DNA of 61,366 bases, counting the filler. It is 8 parts of 8 records of this genome, joined end to end, with 100 filler letters (N's around TTAATTAATTAA, not from the genome) between each part and the next. Parts side by side here need not be neighbours in the genome. Positions count along the whole stretch, not along the records: positions 5,691 to 12,046 come from SRR31147125_8116; positions 12,147 to 18,436 come from SRR31147125_8122; positions 18,537 to 25,508 come from SRR31147125_8123; 5 more parts are not named here. One strand, 5' to 3'. Under the pieces are notes generated by a model. It searched no databases and was not told the DNA's origin. It saw only the letters and a program-made list of their open reading frames with translations. A program made the translations under genes and the position numbers. Numbering within the stretch: position 1 is the first letter of the stretch; each line of letters begins with the position of its first letter. Positions 10,184 to 21,411 of the stretch are shown here, one piece after another.

Positions 10184-10311
10184 TGTTAATATTACGTTAC
10201 ATCTTCCATTATTCAATTGATAAATAAAAAAGTTAGAATATTACAATTTTTATAATAAATCTTATAACTTTATAAGTAGTTTATTTTTTAGCACTTAAAT
10301 TAGTTAATAAC

Positions 10312-11285
10312 ATGGCGGGAAAGCATGTTAAATTTAGTCTCATAATAATACTTTTTTCTCTAAACCTCAATGCTCAATATCTAATTGAAGAAACCGAGAA
10401 AGATCGTATAGCTCAAAATAGTGTCAAAACAAAGATTGAATGGGAGCATTCTATTTCTGATGGAAAAGTGGACAACAATGGTTTAAAGACTTCTATCACA
10501 GCATTCGACAACGATGGCAATATATTATCAAAGTTATCATATCGATTTAATGGCGATACCTCTTCCCTTGAAAACAGCAAGTACGATTCTAAAGGCAACC
10601 TTATAGAATTTACAAAGTACGATGGAAGGAAAAAAGAATATACCGTTAAGAAGTATATAAAATACGATCCGAAAGGGAATAAAGTAAACGAAAAGGGTAT
10701 TCGCGGAAATGCCGGTGACTATTCAACGTATTATAAATATAGCAGCGATGGTCAATTAAGTGAAATATATTACTATAGCAACAATGCCATGGTTGAGAAA
10801 AGGGTTATTGAAAACACAGATGACTCAAGAACAATCTCAATCTTTAACGGTGCCAATCAGTTAAAAGGTAAAGTCAGCAAAAAATTTGACAGCAACCAAA
10901 ATGTACTTCAGGAAACAACGTTTAATACGGATGGCAGCATAAAAAAAGACTATAAATACAAATATGATAGTAAAGGTAATGTTACCGAGGAAGAACAACA
11001 CATGTATGGCAAATTGTATCTAAAGAAAAATTGACTTATGATAATTCAGGCAATCTCATTAAAGTTGCTCATGTAAAACCTGATGGCAAAACTTTCACAA
11101 ATAACATTTACAATTACGATTCTCGCGGATTGCTCGTTGAAGAAAGATGGTATAACGAGAGTAAAAATAAATACTCATCTAAAAAATACAAATACAGTAG
11201 CACAGGAAATCTTATAGAAGCAAACTGCTATTTTGCTCAATTTAACTCACAATACGTTTACAAATATCAGTACGAAAAGCACTAA
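10312..11285 (+). CDS. secreted YD/RHS-like repeat protein, split by a frameshift near 11030
   Basis: Recurrent YDSKGN/YD..GN repeats continue across ORFs 10312-11034 and 11031-11285; the break lies at an A-run. Confidence 0.7.
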
Positions 11286-11698
11286 GCACTAGCTAATTGT
11301 TTTAGCGCACTTACATTACTCAATATTAATATTTTATCCATCAATGCAATTAACTGTTTCGGAATTATTGGCTTTGCAATAAATCCATCGCAACCAAACT
11401 TTAAACATAATTCCTTCTCATAATTAAGTGCAGATGCCGTTTGAGCAATAACAGGAATATTTTGCCGGTATCTTTTAATCAGTTTTGTTGCATCCAGTCC
11501 ATTAAGCTTTGGTAATTTTATATCCATCAGAACAATGGATATTGATGGGTCATTCATACATCGAACAAATGCAGATACACCGTCAGATACATGTATTGTT
11601 TTTATATTAGATGACCTCAAAATAATATCAAAATACTTTTTGCTAATTTGATCATCTTCAACAATGAGGACAGTATGGTTAGACCAGTCTTTCTGCAT
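11282..11698 (-). CDS. single-domain response regulator (receiver)
   Basis: VLIVEDD, VLMDIKLP.LNG, IAQTA and KP motifs. Confidence 0.9.
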   Translation of the reverse strand: MQKDWSNHTVLIVEDDQISKKYFDIILRSSNIKTIHVSDGVSAFVRCMNDPSISIVLMDIKLPKLNGLDATKLIKRYRQNIPVIAQTASALNYEKELCLKFGCDGFIAKPIIPKQLIALMDKILILSNVSALKQLASA

Positions 11699-11810
11699 GA
11701 ATTCTTGCTAAAATACTTTTTTTTGACACACGAGAATAAGAATACAGATTCTCTTTACATGCAAATAAAAAAAATATATTTGTAATTATCAAAATCTTTA
11801 AAAGTGTTTT

Positions 11811-12046
11811 ATGAACATTTCTCCAAAACATATTCTCTTTGCAGTACTATTTACCTCTGCTTTTCATTCCGTATTTTCTCAAGAAATCAATTATACCGCA
11901 GGATTTAAAAGCATCCTCGACAATAGGGAATACTTCACAAAATACTCACCTCATTATACCGTATTCGGTTCATTAATAAATACTGGGTTAAATTTAAAAT
12001 CAGGAGATAACAATCTCGATGCGGGTGTTCAATATTTGTATCATTT
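11811..12046 (+). CDS. hypothetical outer-membrane protein, 3'-partial
   Basis: Signal peptide plus DNREY motif; runs into the linker. Confidence 0.55.
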
Positions 12047-12146
12047 NNNNNNNNNNNNNNNNNNNNNNNNNNNNNNNNNNNNNNNNNNNNTTAATTAATT
12101 AANNNNNNNNNNNNNNNNNNNNNNNNNNNNNNNNNNNNNNNNNNNN
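12047..12146. other. artificial contig linker
   Basis: N-run/TTAATTAATTAA/N-run. Confidence 0.99.
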
Positions 12147-12148
12147 CC

Positions 12149-15100
12149 TACACGGATACCGTAAAAATTACCGTTGATGAATATCCGGTAATTGACGATG
12201 CCACAATTGCGGATAACGACATTACACCTGTAAGCTGCAACGGTGGCAATGATGGAGCTATCAATATTCCACTAAGCAGAATTACTGGAGGAAATATTGC
12301 ACAAGCACAAATTGTAAACATTGTTTTAAGTGGAACTCCTACCCTTGATGATGTTTATTCATTTATTGTTAATGGAACTGTTTACAGTCATACCGTTGTT
12401 TTAAATGGATCAAGCAACCCGCAAACAAATGAAGAAGTTGCAGCCGATCTGGCAGCTGCAGTTTCCAGTTCAGCGGTTATTGTTTCTGTTTCAGGCGCAA
12501 CCATAACTTTAACAGCCCAAATTGCTGGCTCGCCATTTACAGTTTTTGCATCGACCGGAGCTTCAGCTGATGGGAAAATGACTACTCAGGTTATTCAGGA
12601 AAACCAGTTGCCAAACATTTACGAGTGGACCAAAGTAGGTGACCCTACCGTTGTTAGCACAAACCTAAGTTTAAGCAACCTTACTGGTGGATACTATCAG
12701 CTTGTTGTTAGCAATAATGTATGTACAGACACCGCAGTATTTGAAGTTGCAGAACCTGAAGCATTAGTGATAGAACTAGATACAACTTGCAACAACTCAA
12801 TTACTGCAAGAATTTCAGGAGGAAATGAAAATTACGAGGTAACATTGATAAAACCTGATGCAACAACCGAAGTAAAAAATACATCTGGCGATGTCACCTT
12901 CAGCAATCTAATTCGTGGTGAAACCTATACCATTGAAGTTCTTGATGACCCTTGCACACAGGTTTTCACAAAGATAGCTACCATCCCGTTGGGTCTTACT
13001 ATCGACGAAGACCTCATAACAGTTACCGATATTCAATGTGGAGGAACCGATGACGGAGCAATAACACTTGATCCGAATGCCATAAGCGGAGGCGTTGAAC
13101 CTTACAGCTATTCATGGAGCATTTTTGATGGTAGCATAAAAGTTCAAATTTCAACCGATAGGGATATTTCAGGCTTAGCACCTGACACTTATTATTTAGA
13201 TATAGAAGACAATCTTGGTTGTACTGCACAATACTCAACCACCATTAACAGCAAAGACCCAATTACAATAACCAACAGTGTGACGAACCCGGTACTTAAT
13301 TGCCCGGGAGATGCCGCAGCAAGTATTTTAATTAGTGTAACATCTGACCCGTCGAGTGTGCTTGAAATTAACTGGTTTAAGGATGGACTTGAATTGCCTG
13401 CCCTTCAAAACCAACTTGAAATAATTGATCTGGGAGCTGGGAAATATCATGTTGAAGTAGTTGATGTTAGTGTTGCTCCAATAATTTGTAAGGTTGCCGA
13501 TACAATTTTAATTGAAGAACCCGGTAGTTTTATAATTTCTGAAGCTGAATTATCAGCTCCTCCAGTATGTTTCGACGAACTCTACACGGGGAGCATCACC
13601 TACGAAGTTAATGGAGGTACGGAACCATACACTTATCAGCTAAATGACGGAGAAATAATTTCATTTGTCCCTGATGAAAATGGTTTTATTGAAATTGCCA
13701 ATCTAGATACCGGAGATCATGTTATTGTATTTTCTGAATTTTACAATTGCAAACCCGACACCTCCATAAACTTCAGGATTGAATCTCCTGAACCTATTGA
13801 GATAACTTACAATCCTGAAGACGACATTGTTGATATTGGCTGTAATCTAAAAGGAATTATTCAGGTAGATGTCACCGGTGGTACAGCTCCGTATTTTTAT
13901 TCATGGACGGGGCCAAGTAATTTTGCACAAAGCGGCACCGACCTAAACCGAATAACCGATTTGGAAGATATTGGGGTTTACACTTTGGTTGTGACCGACA
14001 TTAATCAATGTAAATCTGAAGAAATCAACATTGAACTTATTGAATTAACTACAGATTTCGAAGTTGTAGATGTAATACGAAATGGGGAATGTGCTTCAAA
14101 CAATGATGCCTCAATAGAATTGATGGTTTCTGATGATATTGTAGTTCCGTATACCGTTAGCTGGGAAAAATGGGACTTAACCGATCCTGGCGATCCTGAT
14201 TGTGTAACCGACTGTTATTCGTGGCAACCCTTGCCTACTGCAAGTGGTCAGCTATTTTTAAATAACCTTGGACCGGGTCAGTACCGGGTTACCATTGTGG
14301 ATGGAAGCAACTCGCTTTGCGACACTTATGTAAAAACGTTCACCTTGGCTAATTCATCCATCGAAATGTTTGAAGAAGCAGTTCGTTTACCCGATTGTGA
14401 AGACACAAACTTTGGGTATTCATTCCGAATGAAAGCTGAAAATTCACTTCGTTTTTATTTGAATGGAACTGAAATATCCCTGGCTAATGGAAATCTAATT
14501 TATGATTCATTTGAAGAACGGTACATTATTAAAAACCTGATTGCTGGAGAATATCTTCTAAGAGTGGTTGAACAGCTTCCTTCAGGAGAAGAAGGTTGTG
14601 AAATATTGCAGAACTTCACCATTGGCGATTTCACTGTTCTAAGCTACACCGGGGCAACATCGCATGAGCTAGATGTTTGTCAGCTTTCATACAATTTCAC
14701 CTTGGATACAACTCTCGTTGAAGGAGGCGTACCTTTTGAAGACTTGAGTGGCAATACCTATTACAATTATGAATGGACAGCCCCTGATAATTCTGTTGTC
14801 GAAGGTTTTAATCAAGTTCCGGTTTCCATTGGGATTTACCAATTGGTAATCAAAGATCAACGTGGTTGTTCCACAGATCCAATCCTCTTTAATTTCACCG
14901 TTAGTTATAATGAGATTGAAGTTTTTGAAGATATTCAAAATGTAAGTTGTGGTGGCGAAGTTAACGATGGAGCTATTCAAATAAACATACAGGGAGGTCG
15001 AGAGCCTTATAGCATTGCTTGGGATAAAGAAATTGTGAGCCCGACCAATGGAGAAACAACCTTCTCCCCTATTACAACAAACACGTTAAGTATTTCGGAT

Positions 15101-16039
15101 CTTTCATCAGGTCGATATCGCTTAACAGTACTGAGTAATTTTGATAATTGCGAAAGCGATAATCCGATAGTTCGTTATGAAGCAATTTACACCGTTCAGA
15201 AGGATGAAGCGGTAACCATACTTGACGGGCCTTACCTAAGCAAGGAACTCTGTGGTGGCACTCCGGGATTCCTTACCATTCAGGTAACCGAAATAAATAA
15301 TGGAAGTACAATTTTCTATTACGATGAAGAACTTGTGAATGCTGAATTTATTGGTGATGGAACCTATGAAATCTATGTTGATTCTCCAGTTTCAAATGCC
15401 ATTTTAAATGCAGTAAATGAAGCCGGATGCGGAACATTTGTAATTATTGAAGATGGAGTTGCGAACCCATCGTTCAGGTACGAGTCTGATGGCTTCCTTC
15501 AGTTTGGGATCACAGCGGTTGGTGAAGAAATTGAATTCATTAACACAACAACCGATGTTTACGACAGCCTTACCTGGGACTTTGGTGACGGTTCTGACAT
15601 ATTACCTTTATCAATTGACGAGGAAAAAATTGTTGATATAATTCATTATTATGAAACCGAAGGAGAGTTTGATGTAACACTTACGGTGTTTAACGAAGCT
15701 GGCTGCTCGAACGAAGTTCAAAATAAAATAACGATTGGAAAAGGTTACAATGTCATGTTCCCAACAGCATTTACACCTAATGGCGATGGAATTAATGATT
15801 ATTTTGAAGGTGGCTTTACAGGAATTGTTGCGTTTACGCTGAACATTTACGACATGTGGAATAACCTTATTTTTACAACATCACATGAAACGGCCAATCT
15901 CCCACCTCATTGGGGATGGAACGGAAAATTGGAGAATGGCACACCGTATAATAGTCAGGTGTTTAAATATATTTTCTACGGGGTTAGGCTCAACAATGAA
16001 GAAATAGTTGTAACGAATAATGCAATAATTATAAAATGA
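12149..16039 (+). CDS. SprB-repeat/PKD adhesin with T9SS type-B C-terminal domain, 5'-partial
   Basis: Frame open from the contig start; repeated C.G..DG.I....GG..PY.Y.W...L..G.Y; ends FPTAFTPNGDGINDYF...WNG. Confidence 0.9.
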   Translation, partial: YTDTVKITVDEYPVIDDATIADNDITPVSCNGGNDGAINIPLSRITGGNIAQAQIVNIVLSGTPTLDDVYSFIVNGTVYSHTVVLNGSSNPQTNEEVAADLAAAVSSSAVIVSVSGATITLTAQIAGSPFTVFASTGASADGKMTTQVIQENQLPNIYEWTKVGDPTVVSTNLSLSNLTGGYYQLVVSNNVCTDTAVFEVAEPEALVIELDTTCNNSITARISGGNENYEVTLIKPDATTEVKNTSGDVTFSNLIRGETYTIEVLDDPCTQVFTKIATIPLGLTIDEDLITVTDIQCGGTDDGAITLDPNAISGGVEPYSYSWSIFDGSIKVQISTDRDISGLAPDTYYLDIEDNLGCTAQYSTTINSKDPITITNSVTNPVLNCPGDAAASILISVTSDPSSVLEINWFKDGLELPALQNQLEIIDLGAGKYHVEVVDVSVAPIICKVADTILIEEPGSFIISEAELSAPPVCFDELYTGSITYEVNGGTEPYTYQLNDGEIISFVPDENGFIEIANLDTGDHVIVFSEFYNCKPDTSINFRIESPEPIEITYNPEDDIVDIGCNLKGIIQVDVTGGTAPYFYSWTGPSNFAQSGTDLNRITDLEDIGVYTLVVTDINQCKSEEINIELIELTTDFEVVDVIRNGECASNNDASIELMVSDDIVVPYTVSWEKWDLTDPGDPDCVTDCYSWQPLPTASGQLFLNNLGPGQYRVTIVDGSNSLCDTYVKTFTLANSSIEMFEEAVRLPDCEDTNFGYSFRMKAENSLRFYLNGTEISLANGNLIYDSFEERYIIKNLIAGEYLLRVVEQLPSGEEGCEILQNFTIGDFTVLSYTGATSHELDVCQLSYNFTLDTTLVEGGVPFEDLSGNTYYNYEWTAPDNSVVEGFNQVPVSIGIYQLVIKDQRGCSTDPILFNFTVSYNEIEVFEDIQNVSCGGEVNDGAIQINIQGGREPYSIAWDKEIVSPTNGETTFSPITTNTLSISDLSSGRYRLTVLSNFDNCESDNPIVRYEAIYTVQKDEAVTILDGPYLSKELCGGTPGFLTIQVTEINNGSTIFYYDEELVNAEFIGDGTYEIYVDSPVSNAILNAVNEAGCGTFVIIEDGVANPSFRYESDGFLQFGITAVGEEIEFINTTTDVYDSLTWDFGDGSDILPLSIDEEKIVDIIHYYETEGEFDVTLTVFNEAGCSNEVQNKITIGKGYNVMFPTAFTPNGDGINDYFEGGFTGIVAFTLNIYDMWNNLIFTTSHETANLPPHWGWNGKLENGTPYNSQVFKYIFYGVRLNNEEIVVTNNAIIIK

Positions 16040-17067
16040 TCGTGAAAAAACTATATATATTACTCTTTCTTATCTGCATGCTTTTTGGGACAAAGGCATC
16101 GTACAGCCAGGATGAGTTTATTCAAAACATGGATCAGATCCCTGCGTATATGAATCCTAGTTTTCATGCGTTCAATGAAGGAACCATGCTGGGGGTTGTG
16201 AATGAATTTTCAGGAAAATCTTTACTAAATGCTGTTGAAAACAGATATGCTTTCTTCAATAACTTCTTCTCCAATAACAACTTTGGCATTGGAATGGATA
16301 TCCTGTCGACTAAACTTCGTAATTCAGCCTATCAAAATACCAAGGTAAATTTAAGCTATATCTATCGTGTGCAGCTAAATCGATTCTGGATTTTTTATCC
16401 GGCAGTTACTGCTGGATATACCTCGGCATCGTTTATTTATAACAATATCATTTTTCATGATCAGAATGACATTCTAACTGGCAATGTAAGTAATTACACC
16501 ATTGACCCGGTTGTTCTTTCAGATCGTGTTAGCTCAGTTGATTTTGGTGTTTCATTTTTAGTTCATAACAGGAAAAACACACTTTTTGGAGTTTCAGCCA
16601 AGCACATTAATCGTCCAAAATTTTCATTCGTGAAAAATGATGAAGACAAAATTAATATGCTTATATCAACACAATTGGGCTATCAGTTCCATCTAAATAA
16701 ATACAACAGAAGAGGACTTTTGCCAAGATACAGCTACCTGTATTTATATAGCATGGCAACCAAGCAGGGAGATAAAATAAGGTTCGATTTTTACCAGCAG
16801 TTAATTATCAATGAATTTTCAATTGGTTTGAACCAGCATATCAATACTGCGCAAATTTATGACACAGGAGAATTGGGCATTAGCACCTCTTTGCACATTG
16901 AGGATATGCAACTTGGCCTAAACTATAAAATGCCGCTAAGCCCAAATGCAAAAAGATTTATTCCGAATGTTATGGAGATTTTTCTAACCTTTGATTTATC
17001 ATCCAGTCGCGGACGCAGAAACAGAAATTATAGCCGTTTCTACTCTCATCAATATCGGGTATTCTAA
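16036..17067 (+). CDS. PorP/SprF-family T9SS outer-membrane barrel
   Basis: Directly follows a type-B CTD gene; P.YMNPSF, Y.YR..L, DFGV and HINRP motifs. Confidence 0.85.
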   Translation: MIVKKLYILLFLICMLFGTKASYSQDEFIQNMDQIPAYMNPSFHAFNEGTMLGVVNEFSGKSLLNAVENRYAFFNNFFSNNNFGIGMDILSTKLRNSAYQNTKVNLSYIYRVQLNRFWIFYPAVTAGYTSASFIYNNIIFHDQNDILTGNVSNYTIDPVVLSDRVSSVDFGVSFLVHNRKNTLFGVSAKHINRPKFSFVKNDEDKINMLISTQLGYQFHLNKYNRRGLLPRYSYLYLYSMATKQGDKIRFDFYQQLIINEFSIGLNQHINTAQIYDTGELGISTSLHIEDMQLGLNYKMPLSPNAKRFIPNVMEIFLTFDLSSSRGRRNRNYSRFYSHQYRVF

Positions 17068-17884
17068 CTTAATTATTTCCTTTGCAAAATATTTTCTTTT
17101 TCCAGCCCCTACTAAACCCGTCCTAACAATATGATTATCAGACATCTCTAACGCAAGAAAAATCCGCAAAAATTCAGGTAGGGAAATTACCCAATTAGGG
17201 GTATTCTATTTAGAAGAAAGAGACAAATAATGATCTGATTCACTGTTGTTTTCAAGTTACAAACAGGCATTTGTTAACAACTCGACTTTAGGCAGAGATA
17301 CGATTTTTTGTACTTTTAATGTGCGGTGAGTGAATTAGATATTTTTAATTAAAAAATCTCTAATAGGTTGATTGAATTGCGATTCGTCAGGATTGATTGA
17401 ATTGGTAATTGTACAAGAGACTCAAATGAGTAAGATTAACCTAATAGGGGCAGTTTTTTTATGGGCAGTTTTCTTTTTGAAAACTCCACCCTAGTATTTG
17501 ATATTTTATCAAATACAGCTAAAAAAATCCCTAACGGTATAGATGGATTTAACGATGTTTCTGTCAATTTCTTTTTGAAAGGTGAAAGGAATAAATGTCT
17601 TTGTTTTAAGCAACCAGTTAAGAAGTAGCCAACAGATTTGTTGCAAGCGAAATTAACTACTTAGAAAGGGAATAATGGTATATTATTTACAACACTAAAG
17701 CAAAAAACAATTCTTTTTTCAATTCCTGATTTTCACATAATGAAATATGATATTTTTTTGGGCAGAAAGAATAGCATAAAATAAGTAACATAAAGACATT
17801 ATAGAAAAAAAGAGGGGTTACAGGATAAAGTATACTAGAGGGCACTATTATACTTTTAGATGGAGATGATCAAATCTCTTGAAT

Positions 17885-18436
17885 ATGGCAAAATGCAAAA
17901 AGAGATCATTTAAAACACTATTTAGTGTTTGTATTTTATTCGTGTGTACATTTTTTACTCATGCTAATGGTTTAGCTATTGAGGATATTCATCTGAAAAA
18001 TGGGCATTCCAAAAAAATTGGATATGCTTTAAGTTTAGGTGATATACCATTACATTATCCCAATACATTTAAGCCTCCACTCCCATCAGCAACAATTTCC
18101 GGGACTACAACTGTTTGCCAAAATGATACAGAACCTCAAATAACATTTACTGGATCAGCTGGTACTGCTCCTTATACCTTTACTTATAATATCAATGGAG
18201 GTGCAAATCAGACTGTAACCTCAACTGGAGATATTGCCTTAGTAAATGTATCGACTATTATTGATGGTACTTTTAGTTATAACTTAGTTAGTGTAGAAGA
18301 TGGCATTGGCGATACACAAATAATATCTGGGTCGGCTACAATTACGATTGAACCATTACCAACCGCTTCGGCTGACGGTACTCAAACTATTTGCTCAAAC
18401 AGTTCAGCAACAGTTTCAGGGGCTTCGGCTGCAAAT
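17885..18436 (+). CDS. large T9SS-type Ig-repeat surface protein, 3'-partial
   Basis: Signal peptide; P.ATISG...VCQ....P.ITFTG..GTAPYTFTY.ING. Confidence 0.7.
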
Positions 18437-18536
18437 NNNNNNNNNNNNNNNNNNNNNNNNNNNNNNNNNNNNNNNNNNNNTTAATTAATTAANNNNNNNN
18501 NNNNNNNNNNNNNNNNNNNNNNNNNNNNNNNNNNNN
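18437..18536. other. artificial contig linker
   Basis: N-run/TTAATTAATTAA/N-run. Confidence 0.99.
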
Positions 18537-18537
18537 A

Positions 18538-19122
18538 AAAAATGTTAATTTTAATAGACCAGTTGCTGCTTTTGGAACAAATAGCAGACGTGAATATAAA
18601 AAGTGGGATATAGATTATTTTACTAAATTAATAAATTTTTTAATTGAAAAATATGATATGCAGATAGTTTTGTACAATAGTCCAAATGAAAGAGAATATG
18701 CAGAATTAGTAAAATCGAAATTAATAAAAAAAGAGAATGTTTTTACTGATATTTACACTGAGAATATAAAAGATTTGGCAGCTTTATTAAAAAATTGTGA
18801 TATGTTTGTAGGAAATGAGGGAGGACCAAGACATATAGCTGAGGCTGTAGGAACCCCAACTTTTTCAATAGCTTACATTACACATAACGAAGAGGACTGG
18901 ATTTTAAATAGTAAAACATGGGGAATAACAAACAGAATGGTTCAGATAGATGACTACCTAAATTTATCTTCTAAAGAGTTTTCAGAGTTGAAAAACTCTA
19001 TTAAAAGAGATAGAGAAAAAGAGATGAGAGAGTTTAAAAAATTAAAACCAGATTTTGTTATAGAGCAAGTTGAAAAAATGCTAAAGGATTTAAGAGCAAA
19101 AAAGAGTTTAGGAGCGATATAG
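18538..19122 (+). CDS. GT9 (heptosyltransferase-like), 5'-partial
   Basis: K.W...F and FVGNEGGPRHIAEAVGTP motifs. Confidence 0.85.
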   Translation, partial: KNVNFNRPVAAFGTNSRREYKKWDIDYFTKLINFLIEKYDMQIVLYNSPNEREYAELVKSKLIKKENVFTDIYTENIKDLAALLKNCDMFVGNEGGPRHIAEAVGTPTFSIAYITHNEEDWILNSKTWGITNRMVQIDDYLNLSSKEFSELKNSIKRDREKEMREFKKLKPDFVIEQVEKMLKDLRAKKSLGAI

Positions 19123-19123
19123 C

Positions 19124-19771
19124 ATGGCTCAATTAAAAGAAAAAATAACTTATTTTGATGAAAGTTTCAAAGAGATTAATTTTCGAGAGATAATTGATAA
19201 ATCTGGAAAAATTTTGAAAGATACATCAAGAAGTTATGTAAAAGTTGTTGAAACAAAACAGGGAAAAATATTAGTAAAGAAACCTATAGAAAAAAATGAG
19301 CGTAAGTGGATAAAATTTTTAACTTTGTTTAGAAAAAGCGAAGCGATAAGAGTACTGGAAAGTATGAAGCTTCTAAATGATAATAAAATAAGAACAAACA
19401 AACCGTATATGTGTATAGAATATAAACAAAATGGTATGGTCGTTGATTCAATTATTTTATGTGAATACTTAGATGGTAATATAGTAAAAAAAGAGAATAG
19501 TGAAGAAGTGTTAAATTTAATTAAAGCTATACACAAGTTAGGTTATTTACATGGAGACACACAAATGAGAAATTTTTTGAGTACTGGAGATGAAGTTGTA
19601 ACAATAGATAGTACCTTAAAGCCAAAACTTTACGGAGCTGTATCGGAAAATTATGAATATATTGGTTTTGCTATTGATATAGAAGAAGCATATAATTACA
19701 TAGATAAAGAAAAGCTTTCATATAGATTGGCTGATTTTTTTATAAATTATTTAGAGCTAAGAGAAGATTAA
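19124..19771 (+). CDS. LPS core kinase (WaaY/RfaY-like, Kdo/WaaP family)
   Basis: IHKLGYLHGD...NF....ID kinase motifs in an LPS cluster. Confidence 0.8.
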   Translation: MAQLKEKITYFDESFKEINFREIIDKSGKILKDTSRSYVKVVETKQGKILVKKPIEKNERKWIKFLTLFRKSEAIRVLESMKLLNDNKIRTNKPYMCIEYKQNGMVVDSIILCEYLDGNIVKKENSEEVLNLIKAIHKLGYLHGDTQMRNFLSTGDEVVTIDSTLKPKLYGAVSENYEYIGFAIDIEEAYNYIDKEKLSYRLADFFINYLELRED

Positions 19772-19828
19772 AAACAAAATTAAAGAATAAAATTCGTGGA
19801 AATAAATAGAATTTGAAAGGGGAAATTA

Positions 19829-20920
19829 ATGAAGGTACCTTTTAGTATTTTAGAACCTCAATTTAAGAGATATCAAGATGAATATGAACAGAAGGCCATA
19901 GAAGTATTGAGAAGTGGTTGGTATATAATGGGGAAAGAGCTTGAAATGTTTGAAAAAGAGTATGCTGATTTTGTTGGCGCAAAATATTGTGTAGGGGTAG
20001 CTTCTGGTCTTGATGCAATTGTATTAGCCGTAAGGGCTCTTGGTATAACAAAAGGCGATGAAGTGATAGTACCTGCAAACACATTTATAGCAAGTGTGAT
20101 GGGAATAACAGCAAGTGGAGCAACTCCTATTTTTGTTGAGTGTGATGATTATCATACAATAGATGTAGAGAGAATAGAATCAGTGATAACAGAGAAAACT
20201 AAGGCTATTTTACCAGTTCATCTTTACGGACAGGTTTCTGAGATGAAAAAAATTATGGATATAGCTGAAAAATATAATTTATATGTAATAGAAGATTGCG
20301 CTCAGTCACATGGAGCAAAATATAAAGGGAAAGATAGTGGAACAATTGGTAAAATTGGTTGTTTCAGCTTTTATCCAGGTAAAAATCTAGGTGCATTTGG
20401 AGATGGCGGAGCAATAGTAACAAATGATGAAAAGCTTTATAAGCAAGTAAGAATGCTAAGAAATTATGGTAGTGAGAAGAAATATCATAATAAAGAAGTT
20501 GGTTATAATTCTAGACTTGATGAGATGCAGGCTGGATTATTAAGAGTAAAATTATCTCATTTAGAGGATTTAACATCTGAGAGAAGAAAAATAGCAGAGA
20601 CATATTTAAGTAAGATAAATAATAAAAAAATTAAATTGCCTAAATTAAGAAAAGAGTCAACTCATGTTTGGCATTTATTTGTGATAGAAGTAGAGGATAG
20701 AGAAAAGCTTAAAACTTACCTAGAAAAAAATGGCATTCAGTCAATGATTCATTACCCTATACCTCCACATCTATCAGAGGCTTACACTTATCTAAATATT
20801 CCGAAAGGTAGTTTTGAGAAAACTGAGACTTTAGCAGAAACTGTACTTAGTTTACCTCTTTATAATGGAATGCCAGAGGAACAATTAGAATATGTCATTG
20901 AGCTAATTAATAAATATTAA
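19829..20920 (+). CDS. fdtB: DegT/DnrJ sugar aminotransferase (FdtB-like)
   Basis: [23 protein letters not shown] and NSRLDE motifs; adjacent to FdtA. Confidence 0.88.
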   Translation: MKVPFSILEPQFKRYQDEYEQKAIEVLRSGWYIMGKELEMFEKEYADFVGAKYCVGVASGLDAIVLAVRALGITKGDEVIVPANTFIASVMGITASGATPIFVECDDYHTIDVERIESVITEKTKAILPVHLYGQVSEMKKIMDIAEKYNLYVIEDCAQSHGAKYKGKDSGTIGKIGCFSFYPGKNLGAFGDGGAIVTNDEKLYKQVRMLRNYGSEKKYHNKEVGYNSRLDEMQAGLLRVKLSHLEDLTSERRKIAETYLSKINNKKIKLPKLRKESTHVWHLFVIEVEDREKLKTYLEKNGIQSMIHYPIPPHLSEAYTYLNIPKGSFEKTETLAETVLSLPLYNGMPEEQLEYVIELINKY

Positions 20921-20946
20921 ACTTAAAATTATATAGAGAAGGTGAA

Positions 20947-21369
20947 ATGATGGAAAGAGGAAAAATTCGTGTAGCCTATGTGAATCATATAGTGGATGGA
21001 ACTGCAGATTTGTGCTTTATGGAAAGAGATAGAATTATTGACTTTCCTATAGAAAGAGTTTATTACGTTCATAATATTAAGTCAGGAGAAAAGCGAGGTT
21101 TTCATTCGCATAAAAAGCTTCAACAGTTAATGTTTTGTCCTTATGGCTCAATTGAACTTGAACTTGATGATGGTGAAGAGAAGCAAACAGTGGTTTTAGA
21201 TAAACCTGAAAAAGTACTAATGTTAAAACCTGGAATATGGCGAGAGTTTTCAAGTAAAATAGATGGCTCTGTGTTGTGTGTGCTTGCTTCAGAGAAATAC
21301 TCTGAAGAGGACTATGTAAGGGATTATGACGAGTTTGTTGAAATGGTAGAAAAAGGGTATTGGAAATAA
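20947..21369 (+). CDS. fdtA: FdtA/QdtA-family cupin sugar 3,4-ketoisomerase
   Basis: F.IERVYY, RGFHSH and LAS..Y...DY.RDY motifs. Confidence 0.85.
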   Translation: MMERGKIRVAYVNHIVDGTADLCFMERDRIIDFPIERVYYVHNIKSGEKRGFHSHKKLQQLMFCPYGSIELELDDGEEKQTVVLDKPEKVLMLKPGIWREFSSKIDGSVLCVLASEKYSEEDYVRDYDEFVEMVEKGYWK

Positions 21370-21411
21370 AATTAAGAAAACAAAAAAATAAGAACAGTGA
21401 AAGGAGCACTT

